Positions 41,692 to 53,243 of a DNA stretch of 64,000 nt are shown here, piece after piece. The DNA is from Tagaea sp. (GTDB lineage: Bacteria; Pseudomonadota; Alphaproteobacteria; CACIAM-22H2). The notes beneath the pieces are model-generated. The model did no database searches, was not told where the DNA came from, and saw only the letters and a program-made list of their open reading frames with translations. Position numbers and translations under genes: made by a program. The stretch lies in contig CBDIIB010000005.1 of NCBI GenBank assembly GCA_965279525.1, positions 1,280,001 through 1,344,000 of the forward strand, read 5' to 3'. Positions within the stretch are counted from its first letter, which is position 1. Each line of letters starts with the position of its first letter.

Positions 41692-42609
41692 TCACGTATC
41701 GAGGTCGAGAAGGCTCTTTGAAAAACTTTCCGCGTCGAACGATTTCAGGTCGTCGATTCCCTCGCCGACACCGATCAACACCGTCGGAGTCGCGAATCGA
41801 TTCGCGATCGCGACCAGAACGCCGCCCTTGGCGCTGCCGTCGAGCTTGGTGACGACCAGTGCATCGATGTCGACCATGCTCTTGAACGTCTCGACTTGCT
41901 GCAATGCGTTCTGTCCGATCGTCGCATCGAGGACGAGCATCGTGTCGTGCGGTGCAGATGCATCCAGCTTCTTGATCACGCGAACGATTTTCTTGAGCTC
42001 GTCCATCAGGTCGGCCTTGTTGTGGAGCCGGCCTGCGGTATCGACCAGCAGCACGTCGACATCCGCTGCGCGCGCCTTCTCAAGGGCTTCATAGGCGAGG
42101 GCCGCCGGATCGCCGCCCTCGCGCGCGGCGACGACTGTCACGCCGGCGCGTTCGCCCCAGATCTCGAGCTGGCGCACGGCGGCGGCGCGGAAGGTATCGC
42201 CGGCGGCGAGCATCACCGACTTGCCTTCGGCGCGCAGCGACGACGCGATCTTGCCGATCGTCGTCGTCTTGCCGCTGCCGTTGACGCCGACGACCAGCAC
42301 CACGTGCGGCCGACGCGACATATCGGGCGCCCAATTACGCGCGACCGGCGCGAGGATCGCCGCAATTTCGGCGGCGAGGATGCGCCGCACTTCGAGCGAG
42401 GGCGTGTCGCCCGGCAGCTTGCGGGCGCGCACGCGCTCGACCAGCCGGGCCGCGACCGTCGGGCCGAGATCGGCTTCGATCAGCGCTTCCTCGAGCGCAT
42501 CGAGCGATGCGGCGTCGAGCCGGCCGAGATTGAGCGCGCGCCCGATACCGTCGACGAGCTTGCCCGAGGATTTTTTAAGACCTTCCTTGAGGCGGTCGAG
42601 CCAGCTCAC
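41692..42609 (-). CDS. ftsY: SRP receptor FtsY (NG domains only)
   Basis: GVNGSGKTTTIGK, DTFRAAA, DTAGRL, TKLDGSAKGG. Confidence 0.97.
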   Translation of the reverse strand: MSWLDRLKEGLKKSSGKLVDGIGRALNLGRLDAASLDALEEALIEADLGPTVAARLVERVRARKLPGDTPSLEVRRILAAEIAAILAPVARNWAPDMSRRPHVVLVVGVNGSGKTTTIGKIASSLRAEGKSVMLAAGDTFRAAAVRQLEIWGERAGVTVVAAREGGDPAALAYEALEKARAADVDVLLVDTAGRLHNKADLMDELKKIVRVIKKLDASAPHDTMLVLDATIGQNALQQVETFKSMVDIDALVVTKLDGSAKGGVLVAIANRFATPTVLIGVGEGIDDLKSFDAESFSKSLLDLDT

Positions 42610-43844
42610 GCGGGCACCCCGACAAGACCGGCCGGTTCGTGCCCGACGACGCGCACGCGCAGCAGCGTGCCGCGCGGGTGCGCATCGGCAAGGCGCACGC
42701 GCGCCCCTTGCGCATCCAGTCCCTCGCGGCCCGACTTCTCGACCAGCACGTCCGCCTCGCCACCGACCCGGGCGGCCAGATAGCGCTGCCGGGCTGCGGC
42801 GGCAGTCTCGCGCAGCTGGCGCGCGCGGGCGCGCACCGTCGCTTCGGGCAACGGGCGCATGCGCGCGGCCGGCGTGCCGGGGCGGGGCGAATAGGCGAAA
42901 ACGTGCGCGTGGGCGAGACCCATCTCGTCGACGAGGGTGCGCGTGTTCTCGAACGCGGCTTCGCTTTCGGTGGGGAAGCCGGCGATCAGGTCGGCCGCGA
43001 CGGCAATGTCGGGCCGGGCCGCACGCGCGCGCGCGACTGCGGCAAGGACCTGCGCACGGCTGTGCCGGCGCTTCATGCGCTTCAGGATCAGATCGTCGCC
43101 GGCCTGCACGGAAAGGTGCAGGAACGGTGCGAAACGCTGCTCGTGCGCCATCAGATCGAACAGTCGGTCGTCCAGTTCGGCCGGATCGACCGACGACAGG
43201 CGCAGGCGCGCCAGATCCGGAGCGCCGGCAAGAATCGCGGCGCACAGGTCGCCGAGCCGCGGGCGGCCGGGCAAGTCGCCGCCCCATGCGGTGAGGTCGA
43301 CCCCGGTCAGCACGACCTCGCGCCGGCCGGCCGCGACCGCCCGGGCGACGCGCGCCCGCACCCCGTCGATTGCGAGAGAACGCGAGGGACCGCGCGCATA
43401 GGGGATGACGCAGAATGTGCAGCGATGGTCGCAGCCCTGTTGCACTTCGATGAAGGCGCGCGTGCGCCCCTGCGCGAGGCCGATGTCGCTGGCGACGAAG
43501 TCCTGGCGCGCCATGATGTCGGAGACCGCACTTGCGCGCGCGCGCCAGACGGCGGCATCGAGCTTGTCGCGGTTGCCGACCACGGCATCGACTTCGCCAA
43601 GCGCTTCATAGCGCGCCGGATCGAGCTGGGCGGCACAGCCGGTCACGACGATCCGCGCGTCCGGTTTCTCGCGCTTCAGCCGGCGGATGGCGACGAGCGC
43701 ATCGCGCTCGGCTTCCTGCGTCACCGCGCACGTGTTGACGACGAGCGTGTCGCGGTCGCCGGCCTCAGCCAGCAGCGCTTCGATCGTCGCGGCCTCCGCG
43801 GCATTGAGCCGGCAACCGAAATTGACGACGCGGGACGAATTCAT
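42606..43844 (-). CDS. mtaB: tRNA t6A37 methylthiotransferase
   Basis: FGCRLN, NTCAVT, QQGCDHRCTFC; dapF-mtaB-ftsY synteny. Confidence 0.92.
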   Translation of the reverse strand: MNSSRVVNFGCRLNAAEAATIEALLAEAGDRDTLVVNTCAVTQEAERDALVAIRRLKREKPDARIVVTGCAAQLDPARYEALGEVDAVVGNRDKLDAAVWRARASAVSDIMARQDFVASDIGLAQGRTRAFIEVQQGCDHRCTFCVIPYARGPSRSLAIDGVRARVARAVAAGRREVVLTGVDLTAWGGDLPGRPRLGDLCAAILAGAPDLARLRLSSVDPAELDDRLFDLMAHEQRFAPFLHLSVQAGDDLILKRMKRRHSRAQVLAAVARARAARPDIAVAADLIAGFPTESEAAFENTRTLVDEMGLAHAHVFAYSPRPGTPAARMRPLPEATVRARARQLRETAAAARQRYLAARVGGEADVLVEKSGREGLDAQGARVRLADAHPRGTLLRVRVVGHEPAGLVGVPA

Positions 43845-44680
43845 CCCGGCCAGACGCCCGAAAAGGAGAGGGCGACGGGTCCGGCCATCAGCACATGGCC
43901 GTCCGCGCGCCATTCGATCTCGAGCGCGCCGGCATCGCCTTCGCTGCCGTCGACGATCACGCGCGCACGCCGTCCGGCAAGCAGGCCGCGGCGCACGGCC
44001 GCGACGGTCGCAGCACACGCCCCCGATCCGCAGGCAAGCGTGATGCCGGCCCCGCGCTCCCACACGCGCAGGCGCAGCGTGGCGGGATCGAGGATCTGTG
44101 CCACGCCGATATTCGCGCGCTCGGGAAAGATGGCATGATTTTCAAGCTGTGGACCGAGCGCCGCAAGATCGACCGCGGCGGCATCCGGCACGAAGAAGGT
44201 CGCGTGCGGATTGCCCATGCTCGTCGCGACCGGATCGACGAGCACGCCGACCGCGAGCGGGACATGCAGCGTGTCGCAGGCTTGTGCCAGCGGGATCTCG
44301 CGCCAGTCCATGCGCGCCGGGCCCATGTCGACGCTGACGGTGCCGCCCGCTTCGCGCCGCGAGCGGAGCAGCCCTGCGCGCGTCTGGATCGTCAGGTCGG
44401 CGGAGTTCTTCTCGCGCATGACGAGATCGGCCACACAGCGCGTGCCATTGCCGCACGCACCGGCTTCCGAGCCGTCGGAATTGAGAAAGCGGAAGAACAC
44501 GTCGGCCGACTTGTCGGGTGCGGGCTCCAGCACGACGAGCTGGTCGAACCCGACGCCCTTGTGGCGGTCGGCGATGGCGCGCACGCGCTCCGCATCGAGG
44601 GCGAATTTTTGCGTGCGCGAATCGACCACGACGAAGTCGTTGCCGAGGCCGTGCATCTTCAGGAAGGGCAAACCGGACAT
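43841..44680 (-). CDS. dapF: diaminopimelate epimerase
   Basis: KMHGLGNDF, ACGNGTRC, MGNPH, ERGAGITLACGSGAC. Confidence 0.97.
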   Translation of the reverse strand: MSGLPFLKMHGLGNDFVVVDSRTQKFALDAERVRAIADRHKGVGFDQLVVLEPAPDKSADVFFRFLNSDGSEAGACGNGTRCVADLVMREKNSADLTIQTRAGLLRSRREAGGTVSVDMGPARMDWREIPLAQACDTLHVPLAVGVLVDPVATSMGNPHATFFVPDAAAVDLAALGPQLENHAIFPERANIGVAQILDPATLRLRVWERGAGITLACGSGACAATVAAVRRGLLAGRRARVIVDGSEGDAGALEIEWRADGHVLMAGPVALSFSGVWPG

Positions 44681-44859
44681 GGCCGGGGATATAGGACCCG
44701 GCCGCCGCCCTTGTCTAGCCAACGCGACATTGGCGGGTGAGATTTTAGGAAATTTAGCGGATTTCGACGCGGAATCCGTAAATACGTTATAAATCAACGC
44801 ACTAATCGGAATTTCCGGGCCGGTGCCGCACCCCTCTATATACGTGTCGCCCCGGCTTC

Positions 44860-44888
44860 TTGACGCCCCCGGCCTTTGGGCCTAGAAC
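44860..44888 (+). promoter_or_regulatory. sigma70 promoter of the ffh operon
   Basis: TTGACG-17 nt-TAGAAC. Confidence 0.6.
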
Positions 44889-44894
44889 CGCGGC

Positions 44895-45001
44895 CGTTCA
44901 GGGGAAATCTGCGCCCTTGGGCCTTCGGGTCTCCCGCCGTCCGCGAGTTTCGCGCACGGCGGCCGCTCCGTTTTGTGCTTTCGGAAGGTTTTCGGGTCGG
45001 G
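44895..45001 (+). ncRNA. structured ffh 5' leader
   Basis: Hairpin CCGCCGT-c-CGCGA-gtt-TCGCG-c-ACGGCGG; a conserved ffh leader motif is known in alphaproteobacteria. Confidence 0.5.
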
Positions 45002-46351
45002 ATGTTCGAGTCGCTATCCACCAAGCTGGGGTCTGTCTTCGACAAGCTGCGCGGGCGCGGTGCGCTTGGCGAAGCCGATGTCGACGCGGCCCTGCGCGAG
45101 GTGCGCGTGGCGCTGCTCGAGGCCGACGTCGCCCTTTCGGTCGTCAAGGATTTCGTCGCGGGCGTGAAGCTCGAGGCGATCGGCCAGCAGGTCGTGCGCT
45201 CGGTCACGCCGGGCCAGATGGTCGTCAAGATCGTCAACGACAAGCTGGTCGAAACGCTCGGCTCGACGACGAGCGAAATCAACCTGCGCGCCAATCCGCC
45301 GGTCGCGATCCTGATGCTCGGCCTGCAGGGCTCGGGCAAGACCACGACCTCGGCCAAGCTCGCCAAGCGCCTGGTCGAGAAGGAGCGCAAGAAGGTCCTG
45401 CTCGCTTCGCTCGACGTGCGCCGCCCGGCAGCGCAGGAACAGCTCGCCGTCCTGGGCACGCAAGTGTCGGTGCCCACGCTGCCCATCATCGCCGGCCAGG
45501 ATCCCGTCGCGATCGCGAAGCGCGCGATGGAGACCGGCCGCACCGAAGGTTACGACGTCGTCATCCTCGACACCGCCGGCCGCCTTTCGATCGACGACGA
45601 GTTGATGGAAGAAGCAGCATCCGTGCGCGACGCGGTCGGCCCGACCGAATCGCTGCTCGTGGTCGACGCGCTGACGGGCCAGGACGCCGTCAACACCGCC
45701 ACCCAGTTCAACACGCGCCTCGGCATCACCGGCATCGTGATGACGCGCGTGGACGGCGACCAGCGCGGCGGTGCCGCACTCTCGATGCGCGCCGTCACCG
45801 GCAAGCCGATCAAGTTCATCGGCCTTGGCGAAAAGATGGACGCCCTCGACGTCTTCCATCCCGACCGCATCGCCGGCCGCATCCTTGGCATGGGCGACAT
45901 CGTCGGCCTCGTCGAGAAGGCGCAGGAGAACGTCGAGGCCGAAGACGCCGAGAAGCTCGCCCGCAAGATCAAGACCGGCGATTTCGATTTCAACGACATG
46001 CTTTCGCAGCTCGAGCAGCTCAAGAAGATGGGCGGGCTGGGCGGCGTGATGAACATGCTGCCGGGCGTGCAGAAGATGAAGGCACAGCTCGCAAACGCGA
46101 ACGTGGACGAGAAGGTGGTCGGCCGCCAGTCGGCGATCATCCGCTCGATGACGAAGAAGGAACGGCGCGACGCCAAGCTGCTCAACGGCAGCCGCAAGCG
46201 GCGCATCGCGTCGGGATCTGGAACGACGGTCGAGGAGGTCAACCGCCTCGTGAAGCAGTTCATGGAGATGAGCCGCGTCATGAAGCAGATGGGCAAGCTC
46301 GGCCAAAAGGGAATGATGCGGACGGGGATCGGGAACCTCTTCCGCAGATAG
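45002..46351 (+). CDS. ffh: signal recognition particle protein Ffh
   Basis: [25 protein letters not shown], Met-rich M domain with [11 protein letters not shown]. Confidence 0.98.
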   Translation: MFESLSTKLGSVFDKLRGRGALGEADVDAALREVRVALLEADVALSVVKDFVAGVKLEAIGQQVVRSVTPGQMVVKIVNDKLVETLGSTTSEINLRANPPVAILMLGLQGSGKTTTSAKLAKRLVEKERKKVLLASLDVRRPAAQEQLAVLGTQVSVPTLPIIAGQDPVAIAKRAMETGRTEGYDVVILDTAGRLSIDDELMEEAASVRDAVGPTESLLVVDALTGQDAVNTATQFNTRLGITGIVMTRVDGDQRGGAALSMRAVTGKPIKFIGLGEKMDALDVFHPDRIAGRILGMGDIVGLVEKAQENVEAEDAEKLARKIKTGDFDFNDMLSQLEQLKKMGGLGGVMNMLPGVQKMKAQLANANVDEKVVGRQSAIIRSMTKKERRDAKLLNGSRKRRIASGSGTTVEEVNRLVKQFMEMSRVMKQMGKLGQKGMMRTGIGNLFRR

Positions 46352-46397
46352 CGCAACCGAACAGAACGAAGACCTGAACGAAAGGATCGAACCGACA

Positions 46398-46766
46398 ATG
46401 TCCGTCAAGATTCGCATGAGCCGCGGCGGTGCCAAGAACCGCCCGCACTACAAGATCGTCGTCGCCGACAGCCGCATGGCCCGCGACGGCCGCTTCATCG
46501 AGAAGATCGGCTACTACGACCCGATGCTTCCCAAGGGCGACGCCAAGCGCGTCGTGATCGACGTCGAGCGCGCCAAGTACTGGCTGTCGAAGGGCGCCCA
46601 GCCGTCCGAGCGCGTCGCGCACTTCTTCTTCGCCCTGTCGCTGGGGCCGAAGCCGGAGATCCGCGAGACGCCGAAGAAGTCGGCGCCGAAGAAGAAGGCC
46701 CAGGAGCGCCTGAAGGCAGCCGAGGAAGCCGCGGCGAAGACCGCCGAGGCGGCACCGGCGGCCTGA
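46398..46766 (+). CDS. rpsP: 30S ribosomal protein S16
   Basis: [38 protein letters not shown]. Confidence 0.98.
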   Translation: MSVKIRMSRGGAKNRPHYKIVVADSRMARDGRFIEKIGYYDPMLPKGDAKRVVIDVERAKYWLSKGAQPSERVAHFFFALSLGPKPEIRETPKKSAPKKKAQERLKAAEEAAAKTAEAAPAA

Positions 46767-46770
46767 GGCC

Positions 46771-47325
46771 ATGACGTCCGGTGCCGAGGCGAAGCCGATC
46801 CTGGTCGGCGCCGTCGTGGGTCCCCACGGCGTGCGCGGCGAGGTCAAGATCAAGAGCTTCACCGAACGCGCGAAGGACGTCGCGGCCTACGGCCCCGTTT
46901 CGGACGAAAGCGGCAAGCGCCGCTTCACCGTCCGGGTGCGGGGCGAGGTCCGCGGGCTGGTCGTGGCCCGGCTCGAGGGAATCGAGGACCGGAACGCGGC
47001 CGAAGCGCTCAAGGGACTGCGGCTCTACGTCGAGCGCGCGGCCCTGGGAGCGAAGCCCAAGCGGACCAAGGGCAGCGAGACCTGGTTCCACGCCGACCTG
47101 ATCGGCCTTTCGGTCGAAGACACGAAGGGCGTCAGGCTCGGAACGGTAAAGGGGCTCGCGAACTACGGGGCGGGCGACATCGTCGAGGTCGATACGGGAA
47201 GCGGGCCAAGCCTGCTCTACCCGTTCACCAAGAAGGTGGTGCCGACAGTCGATATCGAAGGCGGGCGGATCGTGATCGATCCGCCGGTCGAGGTCGAGGC
47301 GAAGGAAGACGGTAAGGACGAATGA
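46771..47325 (+). CDS. rimM: 16S rRNA processing protein RimM
   Basis: [29 protein letters not shown]; operon position. Confidence 0.95.
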   Translation: MTSGAEAKPILVGAVVGPHGVRGEVKIKSFTERAKDVAAYGPVSDESGKRRFTVRVRGEVRGLVVARLEGIEDRNAAEALKGLRLYVERAALGAKPKRTKGSETWFHADLIGLSVEDTKGVRLGTVKGLANYGAGDIVEVDTGSGPSLLYPFTKKVVPTVDIEGGRIVIDPPVEVEAKEDGKDE

Positions 47326-48080
47326 GCGCAGTCGCGGACATGGCGGGGAACGGCGGGACGGACGGTGCGAAGGCGCCGTGGCGTGCCGTCGTGCTGACGC
47401 TGTATCCGGGCATGTTCCCGGGTCCGCTGGGCGCGTCCATTCCCGGGCGCGCCATCGCCGACGGCGCATGGTCGCTCGAGACCGTCGATATCCGCGACTT
47501 CGCCGCCGACAGGCATCGCACCGTCGACGACCTGCCGTTCGGCGGCGGGCCGGGAATGGTGATGAAGCCCGACGTGGTCGATGCCGCACTTGGCGTTGCC
47601 ATCGCGAAAGCGCCGGAAGGTGCCGTCGCGATCTGCCTTTCGCCCCGCGGCAAACCCTTCACGCAGGACCGGGCGCGCGAGCTTGCCGCCGGTCCCGGCG
47701 TGGTGCTGCTGTGCGGCCGCTTCGAAGGGATCGACGCGCGCGTGCTCGAGGCGCGCGAGCTGGAAGAGATCTCGATCGGCGATTTCGTGCTGTCGGGCGG
47801 CGAGCCCGCGGCGATGTGCCTGATCGACGCCTGCGTGCGGCTGCTGCCCGGCGTTCTGGGTGCGGCCGAATCGCTGGGCGAGGAGAGTTTCGAGGACGGA
47901 CTTCTGGAATATCCGCACTACACGCGGCCGGCCATCTGGCAGGACCGCGAAGTGCCGGCGGTGCTGACCTCCGGCAATCACGCGAAAATCCGCGCCTGGC
48001 GGCGGGAAGAGGCCGAGCGCCTCACCGCCGAGCGACGCCCCGACATGTGGGCCAAGCGCCAGGCACGTACCCAACACTGA
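47322..48080 (+). CDS. trmD: tRNA (guanine-N1)-methyltransferase
   Basis: [43 protein letters not shown]. Confidence 0.97.
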   Translation: MSAVADMAGNGGTDGAKAPWRAVVLTLYPGMFPGPLGASIPGRAIADGAWSLETVDIRDFAADRHRTVDDLPFGGGPGMVMKPDVVDAALGVAIAKAPEGAVAICLSPRGKPFTQDRARELAAGPGVVLLCGRFEGIDARVLEARELEEISIGDFVLSGGEPAAMCLIDACVRLLPGVLGAAESLGEESFEDGLLEYPHYTRPAIWQDREVPAVLTSGNHAKIRAWRREEAERLTAERRPDMWAKRQARTQH

Positions 48081-48100
48081 AGATCGAAGAGGAGAAGACC

Positions 48101-48541
48101 ATGTCGCACATCATTGAAACGCTCGAGAAGGAGCAGATCGGCAAGCTCGTCGCCGCCCGCAAGGTGCCCGACTTCGCGCCCGGCGATACGCTGCGCGTGC
48201 AGGTGAAGGTGCTGGAAGGGACGCGCGAGCGCCTGCAGACCTTCGAAGGCGTGTGCATCGCGCGCAAGAACTCGGGCATCAGCTCGAACTTCACGGTGCG
48301 CAAGATCTCGTTCGGCGAAGGCGTCGAGCGCGTGTTCCCGCTCTACTCGCCGCGCCTGGGCGGCATCGAGGTGGTGCGCCGCGGCGACGTGCGCCGCGCC
48401 AAGCTCTATTACCTGCGTGGCCGCACGGGCAAGTCGGCCCGCATTCTCGAGAAGACGGGCGGCATGGCCGCCTCGGCCGCCGACCTGTCGGCAGCCGATC
48501 TCGAGGCCGCCGCGACGGAAACGCCGGCCGAAAAGAAGTAA
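48101..48541 (+). CDS. rplS: 50S ribosomal protein L19
   Basis: [33 protein letters not shown]; GAGGAG SD. Confidence 0.98.
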   Translation: MSHIIETLEKEQIGKLVAARKVPDFAPGDTLRVQVKVLEGTRERLQTFEGVCIARKNSGISSNFTVRKISFGEGVERVFPLYSPRLGGIEVVRRGDVRRAKLYYLRGRTGKSARILEKTGGMAASAADLSAADLEAAATETPAEKK

Positions 48542-48617
48542 GCCGCCGGCAGCGGGCCGCACTGGGACAGCCCGGGCGGCCCGGCCGGAGGTCGACAAGC
48601 AGTCGGGAGGAGCATCG

Positions 48618-50027
48618 ATGACCAAGCCACGCACGTTGTTCGACAAGATCTGGGACAACCATGTCGTCCACCGCCAGGACGACGGCACCTGCGTGCTCTA
48701 CATCGACCGGCACCTCGTGCACGAGGTGACGAGCCCGCAGGCCTTCGAGGGCCTGCGCATGACTGGCCGCAAGGTCCGTCGCCCCGATGCGACCGTCGCG
48801 GTCGCCGACCACAACGTGCCGACGACGGATCGCTCGAAGGGCATCGCCGATCCGGAAAGCCGCATCCAGGTCGAAACGCTCGAGAAGAACGCGAAGGATT
48901 TCGGCGTCGTCTATTACGGCATGGACGATGTGCGCCAGGGCATCGTGCACATCATCGGGCCGGAGCAGGGCCTGACGCTGCCGGGCACCACGATCGTGTG
49001 CGGCGACAGCCACACCGCCACGCACGGTGCCTTCGGCGCCCTCGCCTTCGGCATCGGCACGTCGGAGGTCGAGCACGTGCTCGCCACCCAGACGCTCGTG
49101 CAGCGCCCGGCCAAGAATATGCGCGTCACGGTCGACGGCACCGTCGGCCCCGGCGTGACCGCCAAGGACGTGATCCTGGCGATCATCGGCAAGATCGGCA
49201 CGGCCGGCGGGACCGGCCACGTGATCGAGTTTGCCGGGTCGGTCATCCGCGAGCTGTCGATGGAAGGCCGCATGACGGTCTGCAACATGACGATCGAGGG
49301 CGGTGCGCGCGCCGGTCTCGTCGCCCCCGACGAGAAGACCTTCGAGTACGTGAAGGGCCGCCCGTCCGCACCCAAGGGTGCCGCATGGGAAGCGGCCGTC
49401 GCCTACTGGAAGACGCTGCCGTCGGACGAAGGCGCCAAGTACGACAAGGAGATCTTCCTCGACGCCAAGGACATCCCGCCGATGGTCACGTGGGGCACCT
49501 CGCCCGAAGACGTGCTGCCGATCGGCGCGGTCGTGCCGGATCCGGCCGACGTGGCGGACGAAGGCAAGCGTGCGGCCATCATCCGCTCGCTCGAATACAT
49601 GGGCCTCAAGCCCGGCATGAAGCTCGCCGAGGTCAAGATCGACAAGGTCTTCATCGGCAGCTGCACGAACGGCCGCATCGAGGACCTGCGCGCGGTCGCC
49701 GCCATCGCCAAGGGCCGCAAGGTCGCGGGCAACGTGCAGGCGATGGTCGTGCCGGGCTCGGGCCTGGTCAAGGAACAGGCCGAGCGCGAAGGCATCGACA
49801 AGGTGCTGATCGAGGCCGGCTTCGAATGGCGCGAGCCGGGCTGCTCGATGTGCCTTGCCATGAACGCCGACAAGCTGGAGCCGGGCGAGCGCTGTGCGTC
49901 CACCTCGAACCGCAACTTCGAGGGGCGCCAGGGCCGAGGCGGGCGCACGCACCTGCTGTCACCGGGCATGGCGGCCGCGGCCGCGGTGACCGGGCGACTG
50001 ACGGACGTGCGCGAGTTCGCGCGTTGA
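48618..50027 (+). CDS. leuC: 3-isopropylmalate dehydratase large subunit
   Basis: [43 protein letters not shown]. Confidence 0.98.
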   Translation: MTKPRTLFDKIWDNHVVHRQDDGTCVLYIDRHLVHEVTSPQAFEGLRMTGRKVRRPDATVAVADHNVPTTDRSKGIADPESRIQVETLEKNAKDFGVVYYGMDDVRQGIVHIIGPEQGLTLPGTTIVCGDSHTATHGAFGALAFGIGTSEVEHVLATQTLVQRPAKNMRVTVDGTVGPGVTAKDVILAIIGKIGTAGGTGHVIEFAGSVIRELSMEGRMTVCNMTIEGGARAGLVAPDEKTFEYVKGRPSAPKGAAWEAAVAYWKTLPSDEGAKYDKEIFLDAKDIPPMVTWGTSPEDVLPIGAVVPDPADVADEGKRAAIIRSLEYMGLKPGMKLAEVKIDKVFIGSCTNGRIEDLRAVAAIAKGRKVAGNVQAMVVPGSGLVKEQAEREGIDKVLIEAGFEWREPGCSMCLAMNADKLEPGERCASTSNRNFEGRQGRGGRTHLLSPGMAAAAAVTGRLTDVREFAR

Positions 50028-50716
50028 ACTTCCTGCTGGCCGTGCAGCCGGCGCGGGCGACGGCCGACGTCGCCCCGTTCGGCCGCAGGCTGGCGGCATT
50101 GGGACTGGACGCCGCGATTCTCGCGGCCCTCGTCTTCGCGTTGATTTCGACCGCCAACAGCACGAGCCGTTCGAGCATGGGCGATTTCTTCTACCCTTTC
50201 TGGCGCGAAAGCCCGGTCGTCTCGATCGAGCGCACGCCGGCCGCGCGCGAGGACGAACGCCTCGTCGACGGCGGCGGGCATCGCATCATCGATCTGCTGC
50301 GCGAGACGCGCGTGCATGCCGACGGCTCGATCCGCGTCTGGGCGGTCGCCGCGGGCGAGATCCGGCACGACGACGGCCGCATCGAGCCGGTCCATTCCGA
50401 ACTTCTCGTCGCGCGCAACCTGCGCGGCCTCGTGCGGCTTGTGGCCACGCAAGGGCTCGTGGCGCTGCTGCCGTTCGTCTATTTCGCGCTGTTCGAAAGC
50501 TCGCGCTGGCAGGCCTCGCCCGGCAAGCGCGCCTTCGGCGTGCGCGTCGTCGATCTCGAGGGGCGGCGGATCGGCCTCGGCCGCTCGTTCGCGCGCCAGT
50601 TCCTGAAGGTCTGCGAGATCCTGTCGACGGGCATCGGCTACGCACTTGCCGCGATCAATGGCACGGGACAGGCCTTCCACGACATCCTCGTCGGCACGCG
50701 CTGCGTGCGGGCGTAA
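50024..50716 (+). CDS. RDD-family membrane protein
   Basis: [39 protein letters not shown]; TTG start inferred. Confidence 0.82.
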   Translation: MNFLLAVQPARATADVAPFGRRLAALGLDAAILAALVFALISTANSTSRSSMGDFFYPFWRESPVVSIERTPAAREDERLVDGGGHRIIDLLRETRVHADGSIRVWAVAAGEIRHDDGRIEPVHSELLVARNLRGLVRLVATQGLVALLPFVYFALFESSRWQASPGKRAFGVRVVDLEGRRIGLGRSFARQFLKVCEILSTGIGYALAAINGTGQAFHDILVGTRCVRA

Positions 50717-50742
50717 ATCCGGGTTACGAAGGGGAGAACGAC

Positions 50743-51360
50743 ATGGACAAGTTCACGGTTCTCACGGGCGTCGCGGCTCCGCTGCCGATGATCAACATCG
50801 ATACCGACATGATCATCCCCAAGCAGCACCTCAAGACGATCAAGCGCACCGGGCTGGGCTCGGCGCTGTTCGAGGAGATGCGCTTCACGCCCGACGGCAA
50901 GGAACGTCCGGAATTCGTGCTCAACAAGCCGGCCTATCGCAAGGCGCAGGTGCTGGTCGCGGGCGACAATTTCGGCTGCGGCTCGTCGCGCGAACATGCT
51001 CCGTGGGCACTGCTCGATTTCGGCATCCGCTGCGTGATCAGCACGTCGTTCGCCGACATCTTCTACAACAACTGCTTCAAGAACGGCATCCTGCCCATCA
51101 AGGTGTCGAAGGAAGATCTCGACAAGCTGATGGACGACGCGCAGCGCGGCTCGAACGCCACGCTGACGGTCGACCTCGAAAAGCAGGAGATCAAGGGGCC
51201 AGACGGCGGTGCCGTGAAGTTCGAGATCGACCCGTTCCGCAAGCACTGCCTGCTCAATGGCCTCGACGACATCGCGCTGACCCTCGAGAAGGCCACGCAC
51301 ATCGACGCCTACGAAGCCAAGCAACGCACGTCGCAGCCCTGGCTCGCGGCTGCCCGCTGA
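50743..51360 (+). CDS. leuD: 3-isopropylmalate dehydratase small subunit
   Basis: [34 protein letters not shown]. Confidence 0.98.
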   Translation: MDKFTVLTGVAAPLPMINIDTDMIIPKQHLKTIKRTGLGSALFEEMRFTPDGKERPEFVLNKPAYRKAQVLVAGDNFGCGSSREHAPWALLDFGIRCVISTSFADIFYNNCFKNGILPIKVSKEDLDKLMDDAQRGSNATLTVDLEKQEIKGPDGGAVKFEIDPFRKHCLLNGLDDIALTLEKATHIDAYEAKQRTSQPWLAAAR

Positions 51361-51382
51361 AATCAAGTACCGGAGAGACGAA

Positions 51383-52495
51383 ATGGCATCCAACCGCAAG
51401 CTCCTTGTCCTTCCCGGCGACGGCATCGGCCCCGAGGCGATGCACCAGGTGCGCCGCGTCGTCGACTGGTTCGACAAGCGCCGCACCGTGTCGTTCGACG
51501 TCAAGGAAGGGCTGGTTGGCGGCGCTTCGTACGAGAAGCACGGCACGCCGCTGACCGATGCGACGATGGAGCTGGCGCAGAACTGCGATGCCACGCTGTT
51601 CGGCGCCGTCGGCGGTCCGCAATGGGACAACCTGCCCTTCGACAAGAAGCCCGAGCGCGGCTTGCTGCGCCTGCGCAAGGAGATGGATCTCTTCGCCAAC
51701 CTGCGCCCGGCGATCGTGTTCGAAGCGCTTGCCGACGCCTCGTCGCTGAAGCGCGAGCTGGTCGCCGGTCTCGACATCCTGATCCTGCGCGAGCTGACGG
51801 GCGGGGTCTATTTCGGCGAACCGCGCGGCGTGACGACTTTGCCCGACGGCCAGAAGAAGGCGATCGACACGCAGGTCTATACGACCTCGGAGATCCAGCG
51901 CATCGCGCGCGTGGCCTTCGAACTGGCACGCAAGCGTTCCAACAAGGTGCATTCGGTCGAGAAGGCCAATGTCATGCACACCGGCGTGCTGTGGCGCGAG
52001 GTCGTGACGGCCCTGCACAAGGCCGAGTATCCCGACGTCAAGCTCGAGCACATGTACGCCGACAACTGCGCCATGCAGCTCGTCCGCCAGCCCAAGCAGT
52101 TCGACGTGATCGTCACCGACAACCTGTTCGGCGACATGCTGTCGGACTGTGCGGCGATGCTGACGGGCTCGCTCGGCATGCTGCCGTCGGCCTCGCTGGG
52201 GGCACCCGACCCGACCGGCCGGCGCAAGGCGCTCTACGAGCCCGTGCACGGTTCCGCACCCGACATCGCCGGCAAGGACATGGCCAACCCGCTGGCCACG
52301 CTGCTGTCGTTCGCGATGATGCTGCGCTATTCGTTCGACCTTGCGGCCGATGCCGATCTGGTCGAGCAGGCGGCCAAGAACGTGCTCGCCAAGGGCCTGC
52401 GCACGCGCGACATCGCGTCGCCGGGCAGCAATGTCGTGTCGACCACCCAGATGGGCGACGCGCTCCTCAAGGAACTCGACGCGCTGGCGGCCTGA
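51383..52495 (+). CDS. leuB: 3-isopropylmalate dehydrogenase
   Basis: [36 protein letters not shown]. Confidence 0.98.
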   Translation: MASNRKLLVLPGDGIGPEAMHQVRRVVDWFDKRRTVSFDVKEGLVGGASYEKHGTPLTDATMELAQNCDATLFGAVGGPQWDNLPFDKKPERGLLRLRKEMDLFANLRPAIVFEALADASSLKRELVAGLDILILRELTGGVYFGEPRGVTTLPDGQKKAIDTQVYTTSEIQRIARVAFELARKRSNKVHSVEKANVMHTGVLWREVVTALHKAEYPDVKLEHMYADNCAMQLVRQPKQFDVIVTDNLFGDMLSDCAAMLTGSLGMLPSASLGAPDPTGRRKALYEPVHGSAPDIAGKDMANPLATLLSFAMMLRYSFDLAADADLVEQAAKNVLAKGLRTRDIASPGSNVVSTTQMGDALLKELDALAA

Positions 52496-52498
52496 GAT

Positions 52499-53086
52499 TC
52501 AGGCCGCTTCGGGCAGATAGCTCCATACCCAGGCCGGCGGAAAGTTCAGCATCGCGATGCCCTTGCGCTGGCCTTTGAGGCCCAGCGGCTTCTCCTTGAT
52601 CGGCGAGGCCAGCGAATAGGTGTACTGCAGGATGTCGCCGCCCGGGGCCATCACCTCGAAAGCGGCGTCGATCAGTGCGCGCTGCACCTCGACCGGCAGC
52701 GGCAGCATCGGGATGCCGGAGATGACGCAGGCGACTTTGCCGACCCATTCTGCCGGCAGCAGATCCTTGAGACGCGTCGCGTCGCCCTGGATGACGTTGA
52801 CCGCGGGAAACTCGCGGCGCAGATGCGCGCACAGGGCCGCATCGATCTCGACGACGAACAGCCGGTCGGCCGGCACGCCGGCGGCGAGCAGCGCCTTCGT
52901 CACGGGGCCGGTTCCCGGCCCGAGTTCGACCACGCACTGGTCGGGACCCGCATGGACCTGGCGCGCGACCAGCCGGGCGAGCGCCGGCGACGACGGCAGC
53001 ACGGCGCCGACCTTCATCGGATTGGCAAGCCAGCGCCGGAAGAACAGGACTTCCTCGGCCGCGGGCTTATCTTCTGTTCGCTTCAT
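52499..53086 (-). CDS. pmtA: phospholipid N-methyltransferase (PmtA-like)
   Basis: GAVLPSSPALA, VVELGPGTG, LQYTY, LNFPPAWVW; alternative start 53098. Confidence 0.8.
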   Translation of the reverse strand: MKRTEDKPAAEEVLFFRRWLANPMKVGAVLPSSPALARLVARQVHAGPDQCVVELGPGTGPVTKALLAAGVPADRLFVVEIDAALCAHLRREFPAVNVIQGDATRLKDLLPAEWVGKVACVISGIPMLPLPVEVQRALIDAAFEVMAPGGDILQYTYSLASPIKEKPLGLKGQRKGIAMLNFPPAWVWSYLPEAA

Positions 53087-53243
53087 GGCATGCCTCATGT
53101 CGGATCGGTGACGCGGCCGGGCAAATTTAGGACGATGGTCGGGTGTTTCCAAGTCCTTGAGGAATATTAAAAATTTGTGACAAACATCCGCCACGCCGTC
53201 GTGGCATAAGGTTGCGGCGGCACGGCTGACAAGCGGGGAATAG

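Noticed and set aside
41473-42094. ORF-track entries 41473-41679 (-) and 41486-42094 (+)
   Set aside because: Lie over AT-rich promoter DNA or antisense to ftsY; atypical codon usage
48542-48617. Leucine attenuator before leuC
   Set aside because: No Leu-rich leader ORF or terminator in the 76-nt gap
4499-53086. Several proteins ending in Ala-Ala (possible ClpXP degrons: YbeY, MCP, PyrF, S16, LeuB, PmtA)
   Set aside because: Alanine is very abundant in this proteome; enrichment cannot be shown without a genome-wide count
53202-53215. sigma54-like TGGCATAAGGTTGC upstream of the asd-like gene
   Set aside because: GG-to-GC spacing is one base short of the strict -24/-12 requirement
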